This document shows positions 51,060 to 63,110 of a stretch of DNA of 64,000 nt, piece after piece. Under the pieces are notes generated by a model, which worked only from the letters and a program-made list of their open reading frames with translations, was not told the origin of the DNA and made no database searches. Source of the DNA: Gnetum montanum (lineage: Eukaryota > Plantae > Gnetophyta). Position numbers and translations under genes: made by a program. Numbering within the stretch: the stretch's first letter is position 1; each line of letters begins with the position of its first letter. Where the stretch lies: positions 251,524-315,523 of the forward strand of contig MNCI01002855.1 of assembly GCA_015680685.1 (NCBI GenBank), in the 5' to 3' direction.

Positions 51060-53536
51060 TGACTAAACATTTGGTCTTGGCTAGGATTAATAAGTGGATG
51101 AATAGGATCCATGTATGTATGAAACATTATAAACCCTTCATGCCCCAGCCACTGGGTGTCTATTGGAAATATGGTGGCTGGGTAGAGAAATCGTTGGTCA
51201 CATACTTGATTATAGAAAGCATAGTGGGGCAGGTTAGATGGTGTGTGTACATTATGAGGGAAATCCAACCCACTATGATACCCTTGACTATATGGCAATA
51301 TGCATGGATCTGTGTGTCCCTTCACATTGGTGAATTCACTAGATCGTGTGGATGTTGGAGTGTGAGGTGGAGGCCTAGGTCTAGTAACAGGGGTTGTTGA
51401 TGGAGCTAAGGAAGGCGTGGCACTAGGTTGACCTTGGGCTGGTTTAGACGGTGGAGTAGGTTTGGAAGCATGATTCTTCTTCCTACGACCATGCCTAAAG
51501 AAGGGATGCTTCTAACATTGTATAGGGAACCTCTTTCGTTAATAGAAGCAGCACAAGTTACATCCGTTGGTTGGCACGGTGGTGCGGAACCGTCTAATAC
51601 ATTTGATGGCGGTGTAGAAGGAGGTGTAGGATGAGAATACCAAGGGTGAGGAGAAGTGTGAGAAGTATGAGGTGATGATCCCTCAGGAGAAGACATGGGT
51701 CGATGGTACTTGGGAAAGCGAGAACGACGATTGGAGGCAGAGGATTTAGAATTGGTTGAAGAAATAGGATGTTGAACATAGTAGGCATTTGGTTTTGGCG
51801 GATAGGGAGGATGTGGTTGGCCAGATGGTGGCCTCCCCCATGCTTGTGAGCTTTGCCATTATGGTGGAGCAAAGTGTTGAGGTTGGTAATAGCTCTTCTC
51901 AGGATAGTACAATGGGTTATGGGGTTGTCTATAATTACCTTGTGGAATAGGGATGCGCTTAAACCAATACCTTTGTATGAATTTTGGGTGCAGCTTCCCT
52001 GCCCAATGCTCATAAATATGTGACAAGACTGGGCAATGGCCCTTTGGATGGTCATATAAACAGACATCACATCCATCCTTGTTATCTATAGTTAAGCCTT
52101 TGGCCTTGTTACCCTTAGCCATTCTCCCTAGTTGCTGAACAATGTTCTTAAATATTTCTGATTTCTGTGCCCTCTGTTTGTTTCGATTGCCAGGTTTATT
52201 TTGGATGACCCTCTCCCCAATAATGTCTTCTAAGCTCACACTTTGTTCATTTGCCCATACGGTTATCTTGTTATGCTTTTCCTCAATTTCATTTATCGAT
52301 TTTTGTATTGGAAAAGGTTGGGATTGTATCACCCTTTTAGAATTGGTTGCTTCCTCTTCCTTGTAGTTCCAAACCTTTGTTGTTTCTAGAGTTGGGTCCT
52401 GCTCAAATGCTTTGGCATTCTCCCCTTTGGATAATTCTCTCTTTTTTTTTCGCCAGATGCTTTATTAGTTCTTTGACCTGGTGTGCTTAGAGCTCATATA
52501 GTTGTCCTCGGGCATACTTTCCAACATTCACCCTTGCTTCATTGCTAAGCCCATCTATAATGTGGAGTATTCGCTCTTTCTCGGAGAACCTATGACTTGG
52601 ACATTTATTTATTAAGGCATAGTATCTATCTAAGGCCATGTCCAAGGGTTCCTATTGTTCTTGTTTCCATCTTTGGATTTGTCTCCTCAAGGTAGACACT
52701 TGCATATAGGTTTGGTATCTTTTATTGAAAATTTTTAACATGGTTAACCATCATCTAATTGAATTTGGTTCTAATGATCTATACCACACTTTGGCTTTAG
52801 AAATTAGTGTTCTAGGAAAGAGCTTAAGCTTTTGCCATTTACTATCCACATTGTTGAGCACACAAGCATCATGGAAGGCTTGTAAATGATGTTGTAGATA
52901 TGAATCATAGCCTCCTGCAAGTTTTAAAATATTATTCAAGTCAAGCTTAGGTAGTCGACTCTTCTTGCGATGCCTGTGAGATATCTTAACTGCCTCTATG
53001 ATGTGCATTAGGCTTTTAGGGACTAATAGGGGTTTATCATTGTCAGACAAGTTGTGATTAAAATCTCTATTTGATCGATTGTGACGATGGGGCTTGTGTT
53101 CATATTGATGACCTTGAATGTGTCTGTGGGTTCGACTTTTGCTTTTATTTCGACCCTTTTGTGAACCTCTATCTCTATACCTACATTCATCTTTGTCAGA
53201 ACTAGACATTGAAGTTGAGGGGGAAGACGAAAAGGAGGAACTAGTAGGATAGCCATGGCTTCTATAATGTTCCTCAAGGTCCCTTGGTTTACTATTTCTA
53301 AGTGCCAAGGAGGTCTTAGGCCTTGAGGCCTCCCCTAGTTTTGGATTGACATCATCTTCTTCAAGATTGTCTACCTTAGGTGAATGTAGTCCTTAAGTGT
53401 TGTTAGGGTGGCCATGGTCATGAAAAATTCCTTCATAAGGTGGATCACTCCAATCTTCTTCATTGTATATTTCGTTAGTTCTCCAATGAAGAGGTGCGTT
53501 ATACAGTTCATAATCATTTCTACGTGAGTGACACAT
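51060..53536 (-). pseudogene. gag of the nested element
   Basis: HLQAFHDACVL...KLKLFPRTL...VWYRSLEPNSI; knuckle CDVCLYDHPKGHCP; P/Q/H-rich tail; homologous to the gag at ~2000-4436. Confidence 0.9.
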
Positions 53537-53661
53537 TGTTGTGAATTTGTGGTGTGTGTTTGAATACTTCTCGAAAGATATATCGTTAATACCCTTTTAT
53601 AGCGATCTTGTGTAATATAACTAATCTAGATAACTAGCACCATCTCTGGCAATGGCACCAA

Positions 53662-54459
53662 TGATGAGTAGCAAGGTACCCCTACACTCAACCATACTAA
53701 TATGAGCGTGTATGCGTGATCTGGTCAAACTTTGTGGATGGACTAGTTGTGGCACCTAGATAGTTATACGTTGATCGCAGTTTGTTGTCTTCCGACCTAG
53801 GTTAGTAGTAGTTTTGTCACGTATGGTTTAGTCCAGAGTGAGGCATATGATATTGTCCTAATTCTACATTACTTTTGATAATAGAAAAGATAAATTGATT
53901 AAACTAATAATGGAAGCAAAACCTAAATTAGCCTATGGCGATGGTATCCATCCTTAATCATGTGTACATGTCTTGGACTTCACGGGATTACTAGTGGACG
54001 TGCCATGTATTCGCACTTAAAACACTCGTGATTAAGGCGTACACATTTTGCTTAATGATAGGAAAAGTAAATAACAATAAATCGAACTGTTAACTAAAGA
54101 AGGTATTAAATAATTAAAATAACAAAAATTAACCTAAGTGATTGCTGCAATGACGAAAGTAATCTCGATCTTTATTGTCGATCATGCACGTGTCTCAGTA
54201 CGTCATACTCGAACAAAGGTGTCGTGCAATTATAAATGCCACACTGCAAGCATGCATTGAGAATAACTAACTTGAAAGAAAGAAATTGAAAATGAACTAG
54301 AAAGAAAAGAACTTCCCTCTCTTCCCCTTCTCTCAACTATGCGCCTGAGTGCTCTATTTATAGGCTAACACAGGAATCACGATATTGCGTATACAATATC
54401 GTATCTAGGCCGCAATATTGTGTACCCGATATCAGGGCTTGACAAACCATGATTCATCA
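53662..54459 (-). repeat. 5' LTR of the nested element
   Basis: Termini present; adjacent PBS ttggtgccattgccagaga (-); TATA at ~54355-54364. Confidence 0.93.
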
Positions 54460-55149
54460 AAGGACCTTTGTTAGAGGGGTGCCTTTAGGTATAGGTAACA
54501 TGTCTTTCCAGCCCCATAACTAGTGCTTGTAGCTCATTATTGTGTTTGAGGGATGTGCTTTGAATTTCCATTATTGTGTTTTTTTTCTTTTTTTGTATTT
54601 TATTTTTTATTTTTGAAATGGAAACCACACCATGCAAAGATAAAGAGCGGTGATACGTTCCAAGAGGAGTCATAAACCACACGAAGGAAGACAAGAAGAA
54701 AACCCAACAAGTCCCCTTAAGATCACACCCTTACCATTCCCACTTGGTCATTTCCTCTTTCTTCAAGATACAATGATCATTGATTAATTTTAGTTTCATA
54801 AAAGAAGAACCAAATTATTTCCATGAAAAAGACCTTTTATTTAGAGAACTGGAGGGATGGATGAGGTGGTCTCACTACTTTACACAATTACTTACCTAAT
54901 CATCTTGATAGCATAATACAAAAAACCCAACATAGAGCTTTGACTTCTGCATCATGACTTGGCAATTTTATTAATAAAAACATAAAATACATTCATAAAA
55001 CATAAAGAGAATGACTTAAGAAAAGAGAAAAATATAAAGAAAAGAAAAATATTAAGACATGGAAAACATATAAAGAATTAGAAAATTTCAGAACTGATAA
55101 GTAAATTAGTTACTTCCATACATTTTTAAGATAATTTTATATTTTTATT

Positions 55150-57220
55150 TTCAAGCCATTGGATGTCTTTTGGTTTAGTGGCTACTATGTAGATTGGCTT
55201 TTGCTCACACACTTGCTCTTGAACTTTATGGTGGGTTCGTAAAGGGGTTGTGTTAATATTTTAAACTTTTGATCCACAACTACACCCTTTATCATTATTG
55301 GTGATGCAGGGATTCTTTTGTCTTGCTACAATGATAGGTTTATCATTTATGTCTTGTGTTGGAGTGGTGATGGTTATTGGCTTTTGCATATGATTAGGAG
55401 ACATCATTTTTGTGAGGAAGGTAGTTGCATCAAATTAGCATTGTGCTATTTTAGGTGATGTAGTAATTCCATGAGTGTTTTGCTTTGGCTTACGACCTTT
55501 TCTTTGGAAGGGACGTTTCCGAGACTTTGGTTGAGATCTACTAGAGTTATCATTTATGTGTATGTTTGCAGCACAAGTGGCATTCTCTCGTTGATGTTGT
55601 GATGCTGAACCTTCCTGTGTTGTTGGAGGTGAGTATGAGAATATTAAGGATATGATGTAGGGTGAGAGGTGTGAGGTGCTAATCTCATATAAGATGTTGT
55701 GGGATAATGATATTCGGAAGAGTGGTAGTAGTGATTTGAGGTAGAGGAAGTAGAACTAGTTGGCGAAACATAGTGTTGAACATAATATTTGTGTGGGTTC
55801 GGTTGGTAGGAAGGACATGGTTGGTTTGGTGGTGACCTCTCCCACAACTATGGTTGTTGCCACTGCGGTTGATGCCAGTGTTGAGGTTGGTAATAAGTCC
55901 CCCCAAGATAGTACGGTTGGTTTTGGGGTTGTCTAAAATTACTGCATGGAAGAGGAAATCTCTTGGGCATGTACTTCTGTACAAACTTCGAATTTAATGC
56001 ACCAACCCAATACTCTTGTAAATGCAACAAGACCAAGCAATGGCCCTTTGGATGGTCATATAGGCAAATGTTACATCCACCATCCTCTCCAGTGGTTGAT
56101 TCTATAGCCTCTTCTTCTGTGGTCATTTTTCCTTTCTTGTCGAAAAGCATTCCTAGTTGTTTCTTGGTTCTTTTCCTCCTTTGTTGTGATCACTTGATTC
56201 GTTGTGCACTACTTTCTCCTCTATGATTTTTTTCACAAGTTTTACCTTTCTCATTCATTGATTCCAACATCTTATCCAACTTTTCTTTAATCTCAACGAT
56301 AGAATTTTGTATTGGCAAGGTCCATTGTAAAATCACCTCATCGAGAGCTACCTCTTTTTCCTTATCATAGATATGGATGCTTTTCCTTTTTAGAGTTGGG
56401 TCCCAATTATTTTCCTCTACATTCTCTTGTCTACATAGCTCTCCTTTTTCTTTCGCCACACGCTTGATTAACTCTTTGTATAATGAGTTCGTAGCTTGTA
56501 TAATTGACTTGGAGCATACATCCCAAGGGTCTTCTTTGTTTCATTATGAAGCCCATATATGATGTGAAAAAGTTGCNNNNNNNNNNNNNNNNNNNNNNNN
56601 GCAAATTTAGGGATATTGTTTATATTAAGCTTGGGTAAGTGATTTTCCCTATGATGCCTATGAGGTATCTTAACTACCTTCGTGATCTCCATCAGGCTCT
56701 TAGTGGCCAACAAGGGTTCATTATCATCAAACATGTTGTGATGAAAATTTCTATCTCTATTCGTTTGATTGTGGCAATCATGGCTATGCTTCTTGTGATA
56801 TCTTTGATTTTGCCCTTGGGTCTAATTTCTATATTTATCTTGACCTCGTAGTGGAGCTCTATCTTTATACCTATGTTCATTTTCATTAGAACTAGACGTT
56901 GAAGAGGAAGAGGAAGATGAGGAACTAGGAGAATCACCATGGCTTCTATAGTTCTCGCCTTGGTCCTTTGATTTATCTTGTCTAGGTTTAGAGGAGGTCC
57001 TAGGCCTTGATGTCCTTCTTGATCTAGGACTTTCTCCATATCCTCTACAATTGCCTACACTAGTTGAATGTAGTCTTTGAGTGTAGTAAGGGTCTAAATG
57101 AGCATAGGAAACCCCTGTTTGATGTTGTTCTCTCCAATTCTCTTTAGTAGATATCCTACCATTTTTCCTATGAGTGTTCTCATCGTACGATGCATTATGG
57201 ATCCTATGTGAAGAAGACAT
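55150..57220 (-). pseudogene. gag of the outer element (with an N-gap)
   Basis: DDNEPLLATKSL...NNIPKF; MAKEKGEL...NNWDP; knuckle CNICLYDHPKGHC; capsid part lost at or near the gap 56577-56600. Confidence 0.88.
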
Positions 57221-57351
57221 ACTTTTGCCTGATAATGTGTGTGATTTAAAATATTTATATTTTTAACAAATAGATCATTAGTACCTTTACAACGATTGTG
57301 TATAATATAACTAATCTAGATAACTAGCACCATTCCCAGCAATGGTGCCAA

Positions 57352-58148
57352 TGATGAGCAACGAGGTACCCCTACACCCAACCATACAAATCATAAGCGT
57401 TCACGCATGATCTAATCAAATTTCATGGATGGGACTAATTATGGCATCTAGATCGCTATGCCTTAATCGTAGTTCACTGTCTTCCCACTTGGACTAGTGG
57501 TAGCTTTGTCATGTATGGTTTAGTCCAGAGTGAGGCATATGATTTTTATTTTTTTATATTTTATTGTTCTATGATTAACAATAGGTTGAAACTCAATTTA
57601 TAATCAATTCAGCTAATCTAATTGTTAATTAATAATCAACTACCCTAGCATAAGTATCCAAACATTAGACGTTGCTAGGATTACCAAGAGTCACGCATGC
57701 TCGAAGCAATCGTACTTATGTGCTTAATTAGTTAACATGCATGAAAATGTAAATATTAACTAAGTACATGAAAAGTAAATTGCATGGAAAGTAAATCTAA
57801 TCTAAGTCAAAGTGTTGCAATGAATAAGAATCAATCTTGATCTTATTGTCATTTATGGAATATGTCTAGGTACATTGCCACTCGAATAAGACTTTGTACA
57901 ACTGACTTAGATCCACTTTGTGGGCACTCATTGACTGTTCTCTAAGATTACAGAATAAAATTGTAAGAATTCGACTATATTGACAAAACTATGAAAAACT
58001 GATGCAAAACACTTTCAAAACAACACTATATTTATAGGCTAGAGTATATACCTCAACGTTGCGTACCCGATGTCAGAGCAGATAGCAAACAACAATTCAT
58101 CAGATGTCAAGGCTTTGATGTCAAGGTCAAGCAAATCATGACTCATCA
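57352..58148 (-). repeat. 5' LTR of the outer element
   Basis: Termini present; adjacent PBS ttggcaccattgctgggaa (-). Confidence 0.93.
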
Positions 58149-58328
58149 AGTGCAAATCTATTTTTAAAAAATAAAATGCAAACTATGCATAAAAAATATT
58201 AAGTTTACATTTTATATTCAGTGATGTAAATGCTATGACCTTGGATTTTAAATCAACATGTGACTAAATTAACTCCAAGGGCAACAGCTAAATGATTTGG
58301 CAGAAGCCAACATTGACCAAATAAACTG

Positions 58329-58887
58329 AATTTATGAGTGTCTTGAGTATTATCAATTTACAGCTAACATAAACAATATTAGAATCCTATAATATGATGT
58401 TGAAAAACATTTTCTTCTTAATAATCTATAATATTGTTTTTGGAATCACTATGACACACAAAGATGAAGTGATTTTGTGAGTATCTTAAGTATTATCAAT
58501 TTAAAACTAACATAAAAAATATTAGAATCTTATCCTAAGATATTGAAAGCCATTTTCTTCTTAAGAATCTAGAGTATTATTTTTAAGACTCACCAAACGA
58601 ATATCTTAAGTTTAATCAACTTAAAACTAAAACTAAGCTATTTAATAATATATAATATTGTTTTTGGGAATTACTAAGACTCATCAAATAAATATCTTAA
58701 GTCTAATCAATTTAAAACTAAGACTATGGCCTTATGTTCTTTGGAAATGAAGCATAAAGGTTTAGAGTTTTATTTTTAGAAATCACTAAGACTCACCAAA
58801 TAAAGCAATTTATGAATATCTTAAGTCTAATCAATTTAAAACTAAGGCTATTACCTTATGTTATCTGGAAATGGAGCATAAAGGTTT
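58329..58887. repeat. Degenerate AT-rich tandem array (5 cores, ~90-145-bp periods)
   Basis: Core tatcttaagt...atcaatttaaaactaa near 58340, 58483, 58602, 58692 and 58817; the intervening segments are also mutually homologous. Confidence 0.85.
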
Positions 58888-58899
58888 ATTATTATTAAT

Positions 58900-58972
58900 T
58901 GGAGATGCGAGGTATTGATCCCCATACCTCGTGCATGCAAAGCGAGCGCTCTATCATATGAGCTACATCCCT
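58900..58972 (-). tRNA. tRNA-Ala(UGC) pseudogene or SINE head
   Basis: Minus strand aGGGATGTAGCTCATATGaTAGAGCGCTCGCTTTGCATGCacGAGGTAtGGGGATCaATACCtCGCATCTCCA. This is the plant cytosolic tRNA-Ala pattern with substitutions at G1, the D-loop GG, the anticodon stem and the T arm. Confidence 0.85.
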
Positions 58973-58974
58973 TA

Positions 58975-60620
58975 CCTCATTGATTTGTAGATGTAACTCC
59001 TTAGGTGTAGGATCATGAGGAGTATGATTTTGAAATCCTGAACCGTCATCTCTTATCAATAGGCCATTTTCAGAGAACAAAATTAGAGATGCTTGGCCTA
59101 CAGGATGTTGATAGAATGCATGACTAGATGTTAGAGTATCCAAGAGAGGATGTTGCAAAGTTTGCTACAAGCTTTATTACTAGCAATAAATCATCTCGCT
59201 CCATGATTGTTATTGATTGTGACTATAGTTCCTATGATTTTGATGAGCTGGGTGCAAAGCAAAAGAAAAGCTACAATAAAATTGTAGGACACATAATGTT
59301 TTCATAGTCAACAGATGAAGTTGTTTCCCCTTTACGAATGATTATCCAGGGAATAGTTGGTATGGGAAAGTCATTTCTCATAGGTGCTTTTCATAATGCT
59401 TTTATGAAATATTGTCATGAAGAACATAATGCTTTACTTGTCATGGCACCCATAGAAGCTACGACATTTAACATTAACACAACAACCATTCATTCCAGTT
59501 TGAGCATTGGAATAGGTGCCTATAAATAACTCTCTTCCTTTGCAAAGATAAGTATACAACATCGACCATCATAGGTAAGATATATAATAATTGATGAAAT
59601 GAGTCTTGTGGAAGAAAATTATTACAAAGCATTGATAGACGACTAAGAGAAATTTTTCTAGAGCATCACAATGAAGTTTTTGGAGGAAGATTAATTATAT
59701 TGATAGGTGATTTGGGTTAGCTTCCACCTATGCTTGATGTTGTGCCTTATGCAGCCAAGAATCCAAATATTATAGGGGTTTGGCAATTATTTCATACCTT
59801 TGTTGTTTTAGATGCAATTTATCATCAGTTTGGAATTGATCCTCAACAACAAAGTTTCAGGGAAGTATTGATGCATATCAAAGAAGGAAAAAACCTTGAT
59901 GAAGATTATAATTTCTTGGTTGCTCAAATGAGTCTTCCATCCATTTTGACTGGATTAGATGATTTTGAAGAATCAATGCATTTATATGATACAAAGGATA
60001 AAGTCCAATCACACAATAAGAAGATGTTGTAAACAATGTAGAGATTTGTTGTTGTGTGTGCAGCAAATAGAGATCCCTATGGATTCGAAATCTCAGATGA
60101 CGACGACGATGATATTGAGCGATCTCTGCTTACATGTGAAAGTGGAAGGGTTACAATCATAGTTAACCTTTGTCCTGAAGCAAGATTGGTGAATGGTGCA
60201 CTTAGCATGATTTACAGTATTATGTATCATCCAAGTAAACAGCCACTTACATTACCATCATACGTTGTTGTTGATTTTGACTCCTACATTAGATGTTTCT
60301 TTGATAATGGTAATCCTCATCATGTGCCAATTATACTTGTGGTCTGAGGAGCATCACATCAGTTACCATTATGATTGGCATGGGCCATGACTATTCATTA
60401 ATCTCAAGGAATGATACTAGATAAGGCTACCATTGACATTAGTTCAAGAGAAGTTACAAGTCTAACATTTGTTGCATTATCTGGAGTTAAGACCATTGAT
60501 TTTTTTAAGATTCATCCTCCTTTCTCTGTGCAGAGATACAGAAAGATTTCAGATGCTAAACATCTCTATAGTAGAATTGCATAGGAAGTTGGTTTTGCTC
60601 AATTGGAGGATTAAGCATAT
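58975..60620 (+). mobile_element. Helitron-type PIF1 (SF1B) helicase remnant
   Basis: PLRMIIQGIVGMGKSFLI (Walker A), LVMAP...TIHS, YIIIDEMSLV (Walker B), FGGRLIILIGDLG*LPP, NL...LVNGA, QLPL*LAWAMTIH*SQGMILDK, LTFVALS; multiple stops. Confidence 0.88.
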
Positions 60621-60947
60621 TGAGTTCACACTTATCACTATATTTTGCCTTTTGCTCAACCCTATTCTACAACTCTTTAATGTTTGTTGCAATAATTATG
60701 TAATGTATTCCTTCATGAACATGTATGAAATATATAAACTCTATTTTTACCAATTTATGTTTACTAGTATATATTATTTGGAATGCAAATAGTGATGTTA
60801 TTTAAATAGTTCTATTAATATTTTAACAACTTGAACATTTATAACTATGTCCTTTATAATGATAATTGATAACATAAATTTTTTTTTAAAAATAAATTCT
60901 ACTCATTGCCCACAAAACCTCTCCACTAGATTGATATATATATATAT

Positions 60948-61216
60948 CTCTATCAATTGGCCAAGATGATTTTAAATAAGATGATTTTAACCAAGCCTNC
61001 ATGTAACATCATGACATGCCACATCATCGCCATTGCCACATAACGCCATGAAAGCCAATTTGACCAATAGGGTAAAACTAAATTGGATAAGTGGTAGAGA
61101 AATAGAGGAGAGATGAGTGATTTCATTTTTAGTTATCTACTTGGTCAAGTAGTTGGGATTGGTTTAAATCATCTTATTTAAAATCATCTGGGCCAATTGA
61201 TCGAGAGAGAGAGAGA
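60948..61216. mobile_element. MITE with ~50-bp TIRs flanked by (TA)n
   Basis: atcaattggccaagatgattttaaataagatgattttaaccaa versus the reverse complement of ttggtttaaatcatcttatttaaaatcatctgggccaattgat; TA runs on both sides; one N inside. Confidence 0.85.
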
Positions 61217-61239
61217 TATATATATATATATATATATAA

Positions 61240-63110
61240 GCTAGTAATTATCGATTTAGCAAGGTAAAGTTGACATTCATGATTGAACAATGAAATTGTA
61301 GATGTTAGCTTCTTTTCTAATTCATTGTGAGACCTATCTACTATGATCATAGCTAAGTTGGAATATTGCATGTTGGCTAGCTTTCTGTAGTGGGTTAGGA
61401 TCTTAAATATGTAGATCTTTCATCTTCAACTTTGCTTGCTTCATTGAGCTTACCATAGCAAGTGTGCTCATCTATACTGTTGTGCTTGATTGTTGCAAAG
61501 TAGCATCAAGGTTGGTCCTAGTTGTGTAAATCTCCTTCTTGTTGATAACTTTTTCTTATCTCAGTTAATCTTTATACTAATTTTTTATCTTCTCAGGTTG
61601 TGTAGCTCCATTCTTCCAAGTTGTTAACTCTATGCTTGTCTTCTAGCGAAACAACCTAACATCCTACATCGATAGGTTGTACTTTTTTCTAGCCAACCAC
61701 AATATCTCCAAATTAACATTTACTTGTTCTCCATAGATGTGTTGGAGGTACTCTTTCTTTCTTAATAGCCTCCAACCTCTAGTTTTCTCTAGATAGCTCC
61801 TTATTTTATAATTCCAACATGGCAATGATTTTCATAAGGGTGTGTGATTCATCACTTGATTAAGAAGCATTCTACAAGGCAACCTTCTTTTCCTTTGAGA
61901 CCTACTAAACTTGAGCTATGAGTTACACCAATTCGTCTATTCTAAATTGGGTCAGGTCTTCTAGTGTGACTCGTTGCATAATGTCATTAAGCTCAACTCA
62001 AAGTTGGACGATTTCATCTTATGCCCAATGTGCATCAAACTTACCCTATTGTTGCTAGGTTGTGACATTATCAATAATGTTAAACAAGTTGGTGTTGATT
62101 TGGTTTGTGTTGACTATTTATCTAACACATTCTCATGATCAATGATGGACAACTATCTAGAAATGCACTATCTTGGTCCTATGGATACCTCTATGTTTTG
62201 TTGTGCACAAAATCTATAGTAGGTGCTACAAGGATATTCAATAAACCATTGATGTAATCTATAAGCATCCATAACACAACCTCTTTTCCTTGGTGGGGAA
62301 GGATAACAATTGTGGTCCCATCACCTTATTCAAGCATCACTTGGAATGATGTTGGATTGTGCAAAATAACATATCATTTTTCCTTGGGCCCCAATTGCTA
62401 GGCTTATTGCCACCTATGATTGACCTTGGGTGGTGGTGAAGACGTTGGCAAATCCCTAGCTCCTCCAACTAACTATTCATGTAACCCCTTAAAGAGGGCT
62501 TAGTGTAGGATAGTACACATTGGATCCTCTTGTAGTTGTCAAGGAACTAGTGCATGTTGCAGTAGTCTATGTGGCACTTGATCCAACAATTGCAGTATGA
62601 GTTGGTAAACTTGTGGTAGGTCCTGAGTAGTTAGTTACTATTGTTGTCAAAGTGGTGGTCACTACACCATTTTCATTATAGATTTGCAAAGATGGCTCTT
62701 GCACGATTTTCATAGGAACTAATTTCATTATTTTGACATAGGAGGTCATGGATGCAATGTTCATAGTATCATTGGTGTAACAAGTGATGCCTCTCTTTTT
62801 ATAGATTTTCTTGATGAGGCAAAGAAATGGGAGAGTTTCCTGGCCTGAGTTGTGCTCTTGAAATCCACACTTAATCTCAAGCAAGTAAAAATGAACTAGA
62901 TTTGTGAGAATTTCCCGTTGAGTATTATGCATATTTGCATTGATAAGAAAGTGATCATGTTCAAATGAATAGCTAGGGCAACATGGCACATTGTGGTCTT
63001 GAAGTAGACCTTCTTGGCAGTTGTCAATGAATTGTACTCCTTGCGGTTGACACCATACACATGCTAGACCTACTCAATTTTTGGATCATGGCCATAGATT
63101 TACTAAGAAA
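61240..63110 (-). pseudogene. Accessory ORF, copy 3 (truncated, decayed)
   Basis: YGVNRKEYNSLTTAKKVYFK, LPFLCLIKKIYKKRGITCYTNDT, TSFQVMLE.GDGTTIVI, then coiled-coil-like sequence. Confidence 0.8.

Larger units (their letters stand above)
45443..54459 (-). mobile_element. Complete nested LTR retrotransposon: gag + accessory ORF, no pol (~9.0 kb)
   Basis: 3' LTR 45443-46168, PPT 46169-46185, 5' LTR 53662-54459, PBS 53643-53661, TSD aaggg/aagga. The rejoined flanks restore aagggcctttgttagagggg, the reverse complement of which is seen uninterrupted at ~6205-6225. Confidence 0.92.
43170..58148 (-). mobile_element. Complete non-autonomous (gag-only) Athila-like LTR retrotransposon, outer element
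   Basis: 3' LTR 43170-44076, PPT 44077-44093, 5' LTR 57352-58148, PBS 57333-57351, TSD agtgt (43165-43169)/agtgc (58149-58153). About 6 kb after removing the nested element. No pol motifs seen. Confidence 0.9.

Noticed and set aside
58329-58887. CRISPR-like repeat/spacer appearance
   Set aside because: Periods vary from ~90 to 145 bp, the 'spacers' are homologous to each other, the context is eukaryotic and there are no cas genes.
58900-58972. Functional tRNA-Ala gene
   Set aside because: Substitutions at G1, the D-loop GG, the anticodon stem and the T arm; no oligo-T terminator directly downstream.
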